DNA of 64,000 bases from Alkalispirochaeta sp. (GCA_965601925.1 OZ271854.1:1632001-1696000), one strand, 5' to 3'; shown: positions 18,125 to 29,671, counted from the stretch's first letter. Notes: generated from the sequence alone by a model not told the origin. Numbers and translations: made by a program.

Positions 18125-18366
18125 CAATCCACGAGATTCACGGCGATAAGCGGCTTACAGGAAGATGTCGAGCGGCTTCCATCGTCCACCACGTGCGGGA
18201 CTGCGTTTCGGCCGGCCCGCGTCGCTCGAGGATTTCTAACTGGGTGTGTCCCTGTGCGACCGGTACGTTCGCACCGGCACATTTCATAGGTATAGGTGCG
18301 TCCGCACGGCGGATGGAGCGTTTGAACGCTCAATCCGCACGTCCGATGACCCATTCGATCAGTTCC

Positions 18367-18951
18367 ATGACCGATACAACTTTCCAAGCCGCCGATGAAC
18401 GTGAACTCGATATTCTTGCTCACGTTCACCACGCCCACGAGGCGAACGAACACCAGAGTCAACGCTCCATCGCCCAGGCGTTGGGCATGAGCGTAGGACT
18501 TACCAACGCGATACTCCGGCGTCTGGTGGACAAAGGCTTTCTTATGATGCGGCGTATCAACCAGCACAACGCTCACTATCTCGTGACGCCCGCAGGCATT
18601 GAGCAGATAAGCCGACGCAGCTACCTATACTTGCGACGTACCATCGGGCATGTGGTGCGCTACAAGGAGCGTATTCGCGCCTTTTGTCGTGAGCAGGCGA
18701 CCTCCGGTATCCGGGAGATAGTTCTTGTGGGCGAGAGTGATCTCGCGTTTCTCTTGGAGTGGTGTGCCGAGAAGGAAGGAATCAACGTTCGGTATCTCGC
18801 TTCGTCAGACGAGGTCCCAATGGGCGACGCGCATACCGGGAAAAAGCGGGGAGACGGCGGGACGTGCGTTGTTCTCACCGAGTCGGTACTTCAGTCGGAA
18901 GACCCCGGCGTCATTTTATTGCACGGGATAGTTTTGGGAACCGAGCGGTAG
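18367..18951 (+). CDS. Winged-helix (EPS-associated MarR-like) transcriptional regulator
   Basis: SQRSIAQALGMSVGLTNAILRRLVDKG...YLVTPAG; first gene of the polysaccharide locus. Confidence 0.85.
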   Translation: MTDTTFQAADERELDILAHVHHAHEANEHQSQRSIAQALGMSVGLTNAILRRLVDKGFLMMRRINQHNAHYLVTPAGIEQISRRSYLYLRRTIGHVVRYKERIRAFCREQATSGIREIVLVGESDLAFLLEWCAEKEGINVRYLASSDEVPMGDAHTGKKRGDGGTCVVLTESVLQSEDPGVILLHGIVLGTER

Positions 18952-19066
18952 TCTTCAACGGATTGTGAAGACACCTGTATGTGTCCCGTAAAGAATGCGG
19001 AATCCAAGTCCGCACGATAGTAAGAATTCCATCTCGGAAGAAAGATCAAATCCTACAGGAGTGATT

Positions 19067-20023
19067 GTGAACTTTGCCATAGTCGGTTGTGGAAGAATCA
19101 GTAAACGACACATAGAGGCCCTTGATGCCGCCGAAGGAGCTATGCTCACCGCGGTGTGTGATGTGCAGCAGGAACGAATGTCGGCCGGACTATTGGAAGG
19201 CCGAGACGTTCTTCGTGTCACGGACTACGGGGATCTGAGCGGCAAAGGCCTCGATGCGGTTGCAATATGTACGCCATCGGGTCTGCATCCCGCTCATGCC
19301 ACAGAGATTGCCGAACGTACCGATGTTCCCAACATTATCATCGAAAAACCGATTTCGCTCACCGTGAGGGAGGCGTTTGCACTTCTTAGACGCGTTGACG
19401 AAACGGGCAAACGACTCATTCCGGTGTATCAGAATCGATACAATCCTTTGGTGCAGTTCGTGCGTGAGCTCATTGACACGGGGAAGCTCGGTACCATTCA
19501 CCAATTCAATGTCAACATTTTCTGGAACCGTAATGATGACTACTTCAAAATCGATTGGCACGGCACGCGAGAGCTGGACGGCGGTGTTCTCTACACGCAG
19601 GCGAGTCACTACGTCGATATGTTGCTGTATCTCTTCGGCCCGGTCGTAGAGGCAAAGGGGCTCGGAGGACGACTCCGTCAACTCCCGGTGCAGGACTCGA
19701 TCAGCGCCGTCATCGCGCATCGAGACGGCGCCGTCGGCTCGCTAAACTGTACGGTCAGCACGTATCGTAAGAATTACCAGACTGAGTTCACCGTGATTGG
19801 TTCCAAGGGGACCGTGCGACTCCAGGGCACCAACTTGAATACCATCGACTTTTGGGATGTGGACGGAATGGATAAGCCCGACATGGATTTTACGTTGGAT
19901 CATATCTACGGCAAGGGACACGATTTTCTCTACCGATACATAGTCGAGAACAATGAGGCGATGTTTCCATCCCGTGACGATGTGATTTCCGGTATTGAGT
20001 TGATGGAACGACTGAGTTTTTGA
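19067..20023 (+). CDS. Gfo/Idh/MocA oxidoreductase, WbpB/WlbA-like UDP-GlcNAcA 3-dehydrogenase
   Basis: VGCGRIS, ICTPSGLH, IEKP, QNRYNP and DGGVLYTQASHYVD; clustered with WbpE/D/A-like genes. Confidence 0.82.
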   Translation: MNFAIVGCGRISKRHIEALDAAEGAMLTAVCDVQQERMSAGLLEGRDVLRVTDYGDLSGKGLDAVAICTPSGLHPAHATEIAERTDVPNIIIEKPISLTVREAFALLRRVDETGKRLIPVYQNRYNPLVQFVRELIDTGKLGTIHQFNVNIFWNRNDDYFKIDWHGTRELDGGVLYTQASHYVDMLLYLFGPVVEAKGLGGRLRQLPVQDSISAVIAHRDGAVGSLNCTVSTYRKNYQTEFTVIGSKGTVRLQGTNLNTIDFWDVDGMDKPDMDFTLDHIYGKGHDFLYRYIVENNEAMFPSRDDVISGIELMERLSF

Positions 20024-20031
20024 GGTAACCA

Positions 20032-21132
20032 ATGCAATTTGTCGATCTGAAGCGGCAGTACCGCGAGTACAAGTCTGAAATCATGGCGGAAATCGAGTCG
20101 GTGCTGGAAAGTACCTCTTTTATTAACGGCCCGGCGATTCGAGAGTTGGAGGAGCGGCTGGCCGAACATACCGGCGTACGACACGCCATCGGTTGTTCAA
20201 GCGGCACCGATGCGTTGGTACTTGGAATGATGGCTCTCGATGTTCAGCGGGGCGACGAGATTATCGTCCCCGATTTCTCTTTTATCGCGACCGCGGAGAC
20301 CGTCGCTTTTATGGGCGCGACACCGGTGTTCGTCGACGTTCGTCCCGATACATACAATGTTGATCCCGAATCGGTACGGGCGGCGATAAGTGATAAGACG
20401 GTCGGTGTCGTTCCGGTCTCGCTCTACGGGCAGGTTGCGGATATGGACGAGATCAATGCTATAGCTGCAGAGCACCGTTTGTGGGTGATGGAGGACGGAG
20501 CTCAATCGTACGGAGCCACGTACAGAGGAAAGCGTTCGTGTTCCCTGTCCAGGATCGGTACGACGTCGTTTTTCCCGGCGAAACCGCTCGGCGGGTACGG
20601 CGATGGAGGGGCGGTGTTCACCGACGACGACAGCCTCGCCTCTCGGATGCGCATGATCTTGAATCACGGACAGCGAAAACGGTACGATCACGCCGTCATC
20701 GGGCTGAACGCGAGGCTTGATACGCTCCAAGCCGCGGTGCTGAAGGTCAAATTGAAACATTTCGATCAAGAGGTCGAACGTCGCGGGCAGATCGCCGAGT
20801 GGTACGATGGTGCGTTCAAAGAACGCGCGGATATCGTCGAACCGACGATACTTCCTCACAATCGTTCGGTCTGGGCTCAGTACACCGTCCGTGTGCCGAA
20901 TCGTGTTCACGTACAGGCACGGTTGAAGGAACGAAACATTCCGACGGCCGTGCACTATCCGATACCATTACATCGGCAGGATGCATTCGCCGATCATGTG
21001 CAACACGACGTCTCGGTACCGCATACCGAGAGAGCAAGTGAGGAAGTCATGTCGCTTCCCATGCATCCGTTCATGTCCAAAGAGGATGTCTCGACCGTTG
21101 CGGAAGCGGTGAAAGAAGCCGTTCATGAGTGA
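20032..21132 (+). CDS. DegT/DnrJ aminotransferase, WbpE/WlbC-like
   Basis: [29 protein letters not shown] lysine [15 protein letters not shown], and [10 protein letters not shown]. Confidence 0.9.
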   Translation: MQFVDLKRQYREYKSEIMAEIESVLESTSFINGPAIRELEERLAEHTGVRHAIGCSSGTDALVLGMMALDVQRGDEIIVPDFSFIATAETVAFMGATPVFVDVRPDTYNVDPESVRAAISDKTVGVVPVSLYGQVADMDEINAIAAEHRLWVMEDGAQSYGATYRGKRSCSLSRIGTTSFFPAKPLGGYGDGGAVFTDDDSLASRMRMILNHGQRKRYDHAVIGLNARLDTLQAAVLKVKLKHFDQEVERRGQIAEWYDGAFKERADIVEPTILPHNRSVWAQYTVRVPNRVHVQARLKERNIPTAVHYPIPLHRQDAFADHVQHDVSVPHTERASEEVMSLPMHPFMSKEDVSTVAEAVKEAVHE

Positions 21133-21685
21133 GTACTACGCTCATCCGACCGCCGTAATCGACGACGGCGCCGCAGTCGGCGCCGGCACCAAGATCTGGC
21201 ATTTTTGTCACGTCATGGCCGGTGCGACGATCGGTGAGCGCTGTGTTCTGGGACAAAACGTATACGTCGGCAGTCGCGGTGTCTTGGGTGATGGGGTAAA
21301 AGTCCAGAACAACGTGTCGATCTACGACGACGTGATCTGCGAGGACGACGTTTTTCTCGGTCCCAGCTGTGTTCTCACCAATGTGACCAACCCCCGTTCT
21401 TTCGTGGAACGTAAAGAGGAGTACCGGACTACTCGCATAAAGCGTGGTGCTTCGGTGGGTGCCAACGCTACGATCGTGTGCGGCGTTACGCTTGGTGAGT
21501 ACTGCTTCGTCGGAGCCGGAGCCGTCGTCACAAAAGACGTTCCGGCTTATGCGTTGGTGTTCGGTACCCCGGCGATACGCCGAGGATGGATGAGTCGCGC
21601 CGGTCTGCGGCTCGGTGAAGACTTAGTGTGCCCGGAAACCGGTGAGCGATACAAAGAAGTCGATGGAGAGCTGATACGACTATGA
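21125..21685 (+). CDS. Hexapeptide N-acetyltransferase, WbpD/WlbB-like
   Basis: [35 protein letters not shown] and GANATIVCG. Confidence 0.92.
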   Translation: MSEYYAHPTAVIDDGAAVGAGTKIWHFCHVMAGATIGERCVLGQNVYVGSRGVLGDGVKVQNNVSIYDDVICEDDVFLGPSCVLTNVTNPRSFVERKEEYRTTRIKRGASVGANATIVCGVTLGEYCFVGAGAVVTKDVPAYALVFGTPAIRRGWMSRAGLRLGEDLVCPETGERYKEVDGELIRL

Positions 21686-22989
21686 TGGTACAAGAATTCA
21701 TAAGAAAGATCGAAGATAGATCCGTTGTTGTAGGAGTCTTAGGGCTCGGGTATGTCGGGCTGCCTTTGGCTGTGGCGTTTGCCAAGAACGGAATCACCGT
21801 CTTAGGTTTTGAGAAGAGTGAACGTAAGGCCGCCGACGTCAATAATGCCAAGAACTATATTGCCGACGTTGAAGATAGCGAGCTTACGCACGTCGTCTCG
21901 AGCGGAGTGCTTTCGGCCACAACCGATTTCTCTCGGATCGCTGAATGTGATGCGGCTATCATATGTGTCCCGACTCCTTTGGATCGCTTCAAGAAGCCCG
22001 ATCTGAGCTATGTCGAGGGTGCCGCCCGCGAAATCGGTCGGCACATGAAACCCGGCACCTTCGTGAGTCTGGAAAGCACGACTTTTCCGACCACTACGGA
22101 AGACATCCTTAAGCCGGTTCTCGAGCGAGAGTCGAATCTCGTCTGCGGGAAGGACTTTTTTCTCGCATACAGTCCGGAGCGAGTCGATCCCGGGAATAAG
22201 AACTGGAAAACGGAGAACACTCCCAAGGTTGTCGGTGCAATGAGCGATAACGGGCTTGAGATCGCCATGAAGTTGTACGGAACCGCGGTAAATACGTTGT
22301 ATCCCGTTTCGAGTCCGCGCATCGCGGAAATGGTGAAAATTCTCGAGAACACCTATCGCCTCGTCAACATTTCCATGATGAACGAGCTCGCCCTTCTTGC
22401 CGGTAAGATGGATATCAATATCTGGGAAGTCATTGAGGCCGCCAAGACCAAACCGTATGGATTCCAAGCCTTTTATCCGGGACCGGGAATCGGTGGGCAT
22501 TGTATCCCGTTAGACCCGTTTTACTTGGAGTACATCGCCAAGCAGTACGACTTTGACCTTACGATGATCCACACCGCCGGTCACATCGATCTCCTTATGC
22601 CGCACCGTATGACGATTAAGATTACGAGTGCTCTCAATCGACATAAGAAGTCGATCAACGGCTCCAAGATTCTGTTTCTCGGTGTCGCGTACAAACCGGA
22701 CATCGCCGACGAGCGTGAAAGCCCCGCACTCAAGATCATCGATGAGGTGCTCGGAAAGGGTGGAATCGTGGACTACTACGATCCGTTTATCGCAAAAGTT
22801 TCGACACCCCGCGGCAGCACCCTTGAACGGAGTGATGGCGCGTTGGCCGACATAGCCGTTTACGATCTGGTCGTAATCGCTACTAAACACACCGATATAG
22901 ACTACGCAGCGCTGGGAGCGCGTGCTCAGCTTATTGTGGATCTGCAGAACACCTTTCCCGCTTCCGCCGAGCGAGTATACAAGCTATAG
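21682..22989 (+). CDS. UDP-N-acetylglucosamine 6-dehydrogenase, WbpA-like
   Basis: [41 protein letters not shown] and GVAYK. Confidence 0.9.
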   Translation: MMVQEFIRKIEDRSVVVGVLGLGYVGLPLAVAFAKNGITVLGFEKSERKAADVNNAKNYIADVEDSELTHVVSSGVLSATTDFSRIAECDAAIICVPTPLDRFKKPDLSYVEGAAREIGRHMKPGTFVSLESTTFPTTTEDILKPVLERESNLVCGKDFFLAYSPERVDPGNKNWKTENTPKVVGAMSDNGLEIAMKLYGTAVNTLYPVSSPRIAEMVKILENTYRLVNISMMNELALLAGKMDINIWEVIEAAKTKPYGFQAFYPGPGIGGHCIPLDPFYLEYIAKQYDFDLTMIHTAGHIDLLMPHRMTIKITSALNRHKKSINGSKILFLGVAYKPDIADERESPALKIIDEVLGKGGIVDYYDPFIAKVSTPRGSTLERSDGALADIAVYDLVVIATKHTDIDYAALGARAQLIVDLQNTFPASAERVYKL

Positions 22990-23046
22990 CCGTGCGAAGA
23001 TTTGATATGTGCTGCAAACAAGGTTTTATCCGTTAAAGGAAAAAGA

Positions 23047-23910
23047 ATGAAACTCTGGATTATCCTACCGGCATATAATGAAGAGAACTCCATTCCGATT
23101 CTGTTTCCCAAGCTCAGAGAGTGGTGTCAAAAGATTGCTGAAGAATATGCAATCGTCGTCGTTGACGACGGCAGTTCCGATAGCACGCCCGAAGTCCTGA
23201 ATCGGATGGGTGCCGAATACCCATTACACGTTGTACGGCATTCCATTAATCGCGGGCTGGGAGAATCTGAGCGTGACGCGTTCGAGTTTGTTGCGGAAAA
23301 CGCCCATGAGGACGATATAGCGATCAGGATGGACTGCGATGACACACACGAGCCGGCGTATATTCTCTCCCTTACGGAGAAGATCGGCGAAGGTTTTGAC
23401 GTCGTAAACACCTCTCGCTTCCAACGGGGAGGCGGGCAGAAAGGCGTGAATGCTCATCGCGCCCTCATTAGTTACTCGGCAAACCTGTTTATGAAGATTC
23501 TCTTCAATATCAAAGGCGTTAGAGATTACTCGTGCGGCTTTCGAGCCTATCGTATCGCGGTATTGCGCGATGCCGTACGGATATTCGGCAACAGCTTCAT
23601 TCAACTCAAAGGACTCGGATTTACCTCTACCCTGGAGACGATCGTAAAATTGAAGTTGCTTGGATCTCGTTTTGCGGAAGTCCCCTTTGTACTTCGATAC
23701 GACAAGAAGGCGAGCCCGAGCAAAATGGTCAGTAGCATTACCACACTCGGATACTTGGCGATGGCGATATTGTACCATTGGCCGTTTGGAGGGTGGCGGT
23801 GGTTCTATCGAAAACTCGCATCGACATATCAGCAATCGCCGGAGTCCGCGTTCAAACGGTTTGCCCGGAGCCAAGTAAAGCGTCCCACGGTCAGTCAAAT
23901 CGGCGGGTGA
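23047..23910 (+). CDS. GT2 glycosyltransferase (polyprenol-phosphate transferase-like)
   Basis: ILPAYNEE, VDDGSSD, MDCDDTH and DYSCGFRAY. Confidence 0.88.
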   Translation: MKLWIILPAYNEENSIPILFPKLREWCQKIAEEYAIVVVDDGSSDSTPEVLNRMGAEYPLHVVRHSINRGLGESERDAFEFVAENAHEDDIAIRMDCDDTHEPAYILSLTEKIGEGFDVVNTSRFQRGGGQKGVNAHRALISYSANLFMKILFNIKGVRDYSCGFRAYRIAVLRDAVRIFGNSFIQLKGLGFTSTLETIVKLKLLGSRFAEVPFVLRYDKKASPSKMVSSITTLGYLAMAILYHWPFGGWRWFYRKLASTYQQSPESAFKRFARSQVKRPTVSQIGG

Positions 23911-24139
23911 TCAGATCGTAGGTCTTCCCTTGGAAAGAGTCATTGTCAAGAGTCATCCTCTTCAGAAGAGAGAAACGCAGGATATCATGGTTTTCGAACA
24001 GACGGATTATGTGGTTCCGATGTGGATAGAGAGTCTTGTCTCGCTGGCTGGGCTCGACTGTCGTGTTTTGGCAACGCGGACGTATATCGATAGTGGTTTG
24101 TACCTTTACCTCGAACAGTCTGCATAAGCATCGCTAACT

Positions 24140-26032
24140 ATGTGCGCAATAACGGGAATACTGACACACGGCAAAAATCTGGAGGAACGGGAAAAGACGA
24201 TCGAGACGATGATGTCTCGTCTCGCTCATCGCGGGCCCGACGGTGAGGGACGCGTGCATGTACCTCACCAAGCCTTTTTGGGGCACCGGCGGTTGGCGAT
24301 AATCGACTGCGAACACGGCGCTCAGCCGATGCTGTCCTCGGATGGGCGCTATACACTCGTCTATAATGGTGAGATATATAATTATCTTGAAATAAGACAA
24401 AGTCTTATTCAAAAGGGATTTCACTTTCGTACCTTCTCGGATACTGAGGTTTTGCTCCAACTCCTCGTTAGCGAAGGGGCTGAAGCCGTCCACCGCCTGA
24501 ATGGGATGTTCGCGTTTCTCTTTCATGACCGGAAAACAAACGAGTGGATTGCAGCGCGGGATCATTTTGGCATAAAGCCCTTTTACTATGCGATCGTAGC
24601 CGACGAGTTCGTCTTTGCGTCCGAAATCAAAGCGTTGTTTGCTCATCCCGGTATCAAAGCGAGTCGAGACGATCATTCGTTGCAACAGTACCTCACTTTT
24701 CAGTTCTGTCTCGATGATCGAACGCTCTTTCAGGGCGTTCGAAAGATCCGACCCGGGCACATTCTTCTCGGCCGGGGAGGTAGTATCGTCGCGGACAGGT
24801 GCTACTGGGACACCGATTATCAGATAGATGAGTATCATACCGAGGAGTATTTCACCGATCGCCTACGCGACCTGCTGGTCGACAGCGTCCGTTTACAGCT
24901 CCGTTCGGACGTTCCACTCGGAGGATACCTTTCCGGTGGGCTCGATTCGAGCCTCGTAAGCGCCATAGCATCCGACCATTTGCAAGAGTCGTTGCCGATG
25001 TTCCACGGCAGATTTGCAGAGGGTCCGGAATACGATGAATCGACGTACGCAAAGGAGCTGGTTGATTTTTCAAACGGTCGGTATCTGGAGGTAGTGCCGT
25101 CCGCGAGCGATTTCGTACGGGATCTTCCCGACATCATCTACGCCTTGGACGAGCCGATTGCCGGGCCCGGTTCTTTTCCTCAGCTAGCAGTCAGTCGTCT
25201 TGCGCGCGAACACGTGACGGTCGTTCTTGGCGGACAAGGTGGAGACGAGATATTTGCCGGCTACGCGCGCTATCTCGTCGGGTATCTTGAACAGGCCTTG
25301 AAGGGAGCGATTCTCGGAACACAAGAAGAAGGCAAGCATCTCGTAAGTCTCGAGTCCATTGTCCCTCATCTTCCGCTTCTGAAAGAGTATCGGCCGCTGC
25401 TATCCCAGTTCTGGTCGCGTGGCCTGTTTGATCCTATGGATGCGCGGTATTTTCGACTGATCGATCGAAGCGAAGGGTTGGACGCTCTTCTTACTGCGGA
25501 GATGGCCGGATCTATGGATCAGCAACGGCTTTTGGCAGATTTCCGCAGCATTTTTAATCACCCCGACACGAAGTCTTATGTTAATAAGATGACCCATTTC
25601 GATCAGAAAACACTACTGCCGGCGTTGCTCCAAATCGAGGACCGTGTGAGCATGACGGTGTCGTTGGAATCTCGAGTACCGTTGCTTGACTATCGAATCG
25701 TTGATTTGGTGACGACCATGCCCCCGCCGTTGAAGTTTCAAGGCGGACGCACCAAACATATATTGAAGAAGGCAATTCGAACATTGCTTCCTCCATCGAT
25801 CATGAATCGAAAGGATAAGATGGGTTTTCCCGTTCCGTTACGTGAGTGGATGAAGAAGGGAGTAGTCAGAGACTTTGTCGGCGATATACTCTTGAGTACC
25901 GATAGCAAAAATAGGGGAGTCTACCGCCCGGAAGCGCTGGAAGGCATGCTTTCGCAACAGGGCGTAGGGGGGCGCCGCTTGTGGGGCGCCCTAAGTCTTG
26001 AGTTGTGGCATAGGCAGTTCATTGATGGTTAA
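24140..26032 (+). CDS. asnB: AsnB-like glutamine amidotransferase (sugar amidation)
   Basis: N-terminal nucleophile MC, HRGPD, GHRRLAIID, NGEIYNY, LSGGLDSS, GGDE and SLESRVPLLD. Confidence 0.92.
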   Translation: MCAITGILTHGKNLEEREKTIETMMSRLAHRGPDGEGRVHVPHQAFLGHRRLAIIDCEHGAQPMLSSDGRYTLVYNGEIYNYLEIRQSLIQKGFHFRTFSDTEVLLQLLVSEGAEAVHRLNGMFAFLFHDRKTNEWIAARDHFGIKPFYYAIVADEFVFASEIKALFAHPGIKASRDDHSLQQYLTFQFCLDDRTLFQGVRKIRPGHILLGRGGSIVADRCYWDTDYQIDEYHTEEYFTDRLRDLLVDSVRLQLRSDVPLGGYLSGGLDSSLVSAIASDHLQESLPMFHGRFAEGPEYDESTYAKELVDFSNGRYLEVVPSASDFVRDLPDIIYALDEPIAGPGSFPQLAVSRLAREHVTVVLGGQGGDEIFAGYARYLVGYLEQALKGAILGTQEEGKHLVSLESIVPHLPLLKEYRPLLSQFWSRGLFDPMDARYFRLIDRSEGLDALLTAEMAGSMDQQRLLADFRSIFNHPDTKSYVNKMTHFDQKTLLPALLQIEDRVSMTVSLESRVPLLDYRIVDLVTTMPPPLKFQGGRTKHILKKAIRTLLPPSIMNRKDKMGFPVPLREWMKKGVVRDFVGDILLSTDSKNRGVYRPEALEGMLSQQGVGGRRLWGALSLELWHRQFIDG

Positions 26033-27337
26033 TGCAATCACACTACCCGACAGATCCGATATGATCGCACACGTCATCGAGTCTCTCGGTAGATACTGGC
26101 CCCAAAATAGCGATCATCTGTTGAATCTACCCGTTTACTCAGCTCCGCGTACGCCGCAATGCGAGGTTCCACGGTATGTCATGGTCGAAATGCCGCAGTG
26201 GGCTTCCGACACTGCGGTGAAGCGTAAACTGCTTATACCTGTTGCCGCGTGTTTGGACCCGGCCAACCCGTCTTGGGAGTGCACGGACTGGTGGCTGGCG
26301 GCATTCTTGATGCTTGAGTGCTGGCCGGAACGAGCGTTTGAAGAGGCCGGACGACCCATCCACTCGTATAGTTTTCGATTAACCCATTGGGATCAGCGTC
26401 TATGGGAGCGCGCGTGGGTCAATCGAATCGCACTGTTTCTCAGGTCGTGGGTGACTCGGGAGCTCGGGCAAAGCCCCGATGCGCTGTTTGGACCCGTGCC
26501 CAAAGCAACGATAGTGCTGACGCACGATGTTGATGCGGTTGAGAAGACGGTTCCGATACGCATCAAACAGACCGTATTCCACCTGTTCAACGCGCTGCGC
26601 GCGTTATCGCGATTGCACCTTCGGGCCGCGGCTAAGAAGCTTTACGCTGCGCTTCGGTTTTTTTTTGTCCAACCGATTGGTTTCTGTTCGATACGATTCT
26701 CGACCTTGAAAAGGAACATCGAATATGCGCGCACTTCAACTTTCATGCAAAGACCGCACGAAGAGGTCTGAAGCTGTGGTTACTCGATCCAGGGTATGAA
26801 ATCTCGAGTACACGAGTTGTAGAGCTTTTTGAGGAGATCCGAAAACACGGCGGGATCGTCGGATTGCATCCCGGCTACGATTCTTGGTCGTCCGCAAGTG
26901 CACTTCGAGCGCAGCGTCGTCGCTTAAGCGACGTCTCAAACGATGATGTGGTCTCGTGCCGGCAGCACTGGCTACGTTTTTCGTGGTCTCAAACTTGGGC
27001 CTCCCAAGCAGAGGCGGGGCTTAAGTACGATTCGACGCTCATGTTCAACGACCGATCCGGGTTCCGGGCGGCTGCGGCGGTATCATGGAAACCGTGGGAT
27101 CACAACCGTGGCGTACCACTCACCATTACGGCGACCCCTAGTGTTTTCATGGATTCGCAGTTCTACGATTATTCGGATATGACTGATGGACAACGGCGGG
27201 CGGCAATGCGATTTTGGCTCGACGAAATACGCACCGTAGGAGGAGAGGCGGCGGTGCTATGGCACCCCCACACACTCGCGCCCGACTACGGCTGGGCCGA
27301 TGGTTTCAGGGCTTTGGTCGAAGAGATGAGTATATGA
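26025..27337 (+). pseudogene. Polysaccharide deacetylase-like protein, frameshifted at T9 tract 26658-26666
   Basis: 5' part has LTHDVD. The other frame from 26666 reads CPTDWFLFDTILDLEKEH...WLLDPGY...GLHPGYDSW...RQHWLRF...YDST...LWHPH. T10 or T7 would join the two into one ORF of about 437 aa. Confidence 0.85.
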
Positions 27338-27340
27338 GGT

Positions 27341-28111
27341 ATGAGTATTAAGATTCGAAATATTGTTCCCGGTTTTTTGTCTGCCAGATTGTGGGGAGAC
27401 CGAAAGCGTTTTGGCCTCGTACCTCAAGGCGACGATCCGTGTTGGCGCGAATGGCAATCGATGTATCTCGATTTCTACGAGGATAACCAGCGAGAAGGAA
27501 TCGGCGCTATCGTAAACGATGCCGGATACCGCGTAATGTCCGAGGTCGATCTGGATGGTAAGACTGTCTTGGAGATCGGTCCGGGAGATATCCGACACAT
27601 TGAGTTCTGGAACAGCAGACCGCAAAAGTTCATACTTGCCGACATTCAGGAAGGTATGCTTTTGAAGGGAGTTAAAAAGCTTGACGATGCAGGTGTAAGA
27701 ACCGAGAAAATCCTTTTGAAGCGTGGTCAGCCGCTTCCGATTCCCGATTCTTCGGTCGATATTGTCGTTTCGTTCTACTCCTTGGAGCATATCTACCCAT
27801 TAAAACCGTATCTTCAACAGGTGAAGCGGGTGTTGAAGCCGGGAGGGATACTTGTCGGAGCAATCCCTTGTGAAGGGGGACTCGCCTGGGGTGGTGGAAG
27901 GTTTGTCACGTCGCGTCGTTGGTACAAAAAGCACACCTCCATTAACCCCGACAAGATAATCTGTTGGGAACACCCAAACTTTGCGGACCAAATTGTTTCG
28001 ATGCTTGACACCGAGTTTTCTCGCCAAAAGTTGCGACATTGGCCGTTCGCTTGGGTGCCGTTGATCGATTTCAATTTGGTCTTGAAGTTTGTGTATCGTT
28101 TGGCTCCTTAG
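27341..28111 (+). CDS. Class I SAM-dependent methyltransferase
   Basis: VLEIGPG, LPIPDSSVDIVVS..SLEH and RVLKPGG. Confidence 0.9.
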   Translation: MSIKIRNIVPGFLSARLWGDRKRFGLVPQGDDPCWREWQSMYLDFYEDNQREGIGAIVNDAGYRVMSEVDLDGKTVLEIGPGDIRHIEFWNSRPQKFILADIQEGMLLKGVKKLDDAGVRTEKILLKRGQPLPIPDSSVDIVVSFYSLEHIYPLKPYLQQVKRVLKPGGILVGAIPCEGGLAWGGGRFVTSRRWYKKHTSINPDKIICWEHPNFADQIVSMLDTEFSRQKLRHWPFAWVPLIDFNLVLKFVYRLAP

Positions 28112-28114
28112 GCA

Positions 28115-29671
28115 ATGTCGTATAATCCGTATCTATCGGAGGTAGAAGCCAGTCTTCCGCGCGTACTCGCCCTATTCGACCGGGACGAGACGAGCCACAG
28201 CTACGGTGTAGGCGACCGGTACTTCTGGGCGTGGGGTCTCATAGACTTCGCGAACGGCACGTTCCAAGGAGCCGCTCACGGACTCGCTCGATTATGGCGT
28301 CACGGGCTGTGGCCGTTTTCTACGGCGCCGGATGCGTTCGTGCGGCGTATCGACGCAATGTTTAGTGCGACGGCACGACTGACTCGTCGTGACGGAAGTC
28401 TGGAGGAGGCGTTTCCCAGAGAGGGTTCTTATTGCGTAACCGCGCTGTGCGCGTTTGATCTGCTGTGCGCCATAGATCTCCTTGGTGAAGAGGTGCCGGC
28501 ACATACCTTGGATAGATGGTATGAAGCCGTCGAGCCGTTAGTTGCCTATTTGGTGAAGGCCGATGAGACGCACGCTATCATATCCAACCATCTGGCGACC
28601 GCGATCGCCGCCTTGTTTCGCTGGTACGCACATTCCCCCGACACACCGGTGGAGAAGAAGGCCGAGGAGCTGCTGGCCCGCATCCGACGCCACGCTTCCG
28701 ACGAAGGATGGTATAAAGAGTATGAGGGAGCCGACCCCGGATATCAGACATTAGGACTCTATTATTTGGCCGATATCCACATTCGACGGCCCGATCTCGG
28801 TCTCGGGCAGGAGTTGGCTCGTGCGATTGACTTTCTTTCTTTCTTCGCGCATCCGGACGGCTCTTTCGGCGGACCGTACGGAAGCCGAAATACCCGGTTT
28901 TATAATCCCGCCGGCATAGAGGCCCTTGCGACCGAAGTTCCACAAGCTCAAGCTCTCGCTGATTTCATGGCGGAAAGCGTCGAACGCCGGACCGTTGTCA
29001 CGCTCAGCAGTATTGACGAGCCGAATCTGATTCCGTGGTTCAACGCCTATTGCTGGGCGGCCGCACTCCATTCCGGACGACGGATGGAGAGACGGACGGA
29101 TCAACTGCCGTGCCGGAAGAGTACCCGGGAGAGAACGGTGTTCGAAGAAGCGGGGCTCATCGTCGATAACGGACCCGGTCACTACACCCTCGTGAGCATC
29201 TACAAGGGCGGGATCGTTTCCCACTTCAACAAGACACGACGAATCCTTGAGGATGGCGGTGTCGTGGTTCGTAGCCGTCGTGGACAACTTGGTAGTACCC
29301 AAGGGTACAACAAAGACAACACAGTAACTCTCGATGGAGACACTATCGTAATTGAAGCGGATATCCACGCGATGCCGCGACGTCACCCCTCTCCCTTGAA
29401 TTTTCTCGTTCTCCGGGGGCTATCGTTAACCCTTTTTCGAGTTCGTCGGCTGAGGGAGTGCATCAAACGCCTCCTGGTACATTTGCTGATCACCGGTCGG
29501 CGCCGGTTTCCGGTGCGAAATACGCGCACGATCGTTTTGGGGGCCGATCTCTCGGTTCGCGACTCGTGCTCACTTCCCACGGGATACGGTCGGGTTCAAG
29601 ACACGGCGAATATGGTTGCGATTCATATGGCAAGCCAGGGATACTGGCAGTTGCAGGATGAGAGCTCGTGA
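28115..29671 (+). CDS. Hypothetical protein, probable alpha/alpha-toroid (lyase/heparinase-like) fold
   Basis: Helical repeats with EGWYKEYEGADPGYQTL and HPDGSFGG; long ORF in operon. Confidence 0.55.
   Translation: MSYNPYLSEVEASLPRVLALFDRDETSHSYGVGDRYFWAWGLIDFANGTFQGAAHGLARLWRHGLWPFSTAPDAFVRRIDAMFSATARLTRRDGSLEEAFPREGSYCVTALCAFDLLCAIDLLGEEVPAHTLDRWYEAVEPLVAYLVKADETHAIISNHLATAIAALFRWYAHSPDTPVEKKAEELLARIRRHASDEGWYKEYEGADPGYQTLGLYYLADIHIRRPDLGLGQELARAIDFLSFFAHPDGSFGGPYGSRNTRFYNPAGIEALATEVPQAQALADFMAESVERRTVVTLSSIDEPNLIPWFNAYCWAAALHSGRRMERRTDQLPCRKSTRERTVFEEAGLIVDNGPGHYTLVSIYKGGIVSHFNKTRRILEDGGVVVRSRRGQLGSTQGYNKDNTVTLDGDTIVIEADIHAMPRRHPSPLNFLVLRGLSLTLFRVRRLRECIKRLLVHLLITGRRRFPVRNTRTIVLGADLSVRDSCSLPTGYGRVQDTANMVAIHMASQGYWQLQDESS

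Noticed and set aside
18943..18951. ops/JUMPstart-like GAGCGGTAG
   Set aside because: Imperfect match to GGCGGTAG, formed by the regulator's last codons and stop; no surrounding JUMPstart similarity.
23911..24139. 65-aa ORF 23930-24127 and a short AAGAGTCAT direct repeat
   Set aside because: No SD or motif, and the repeat has only two copies; not supportable.
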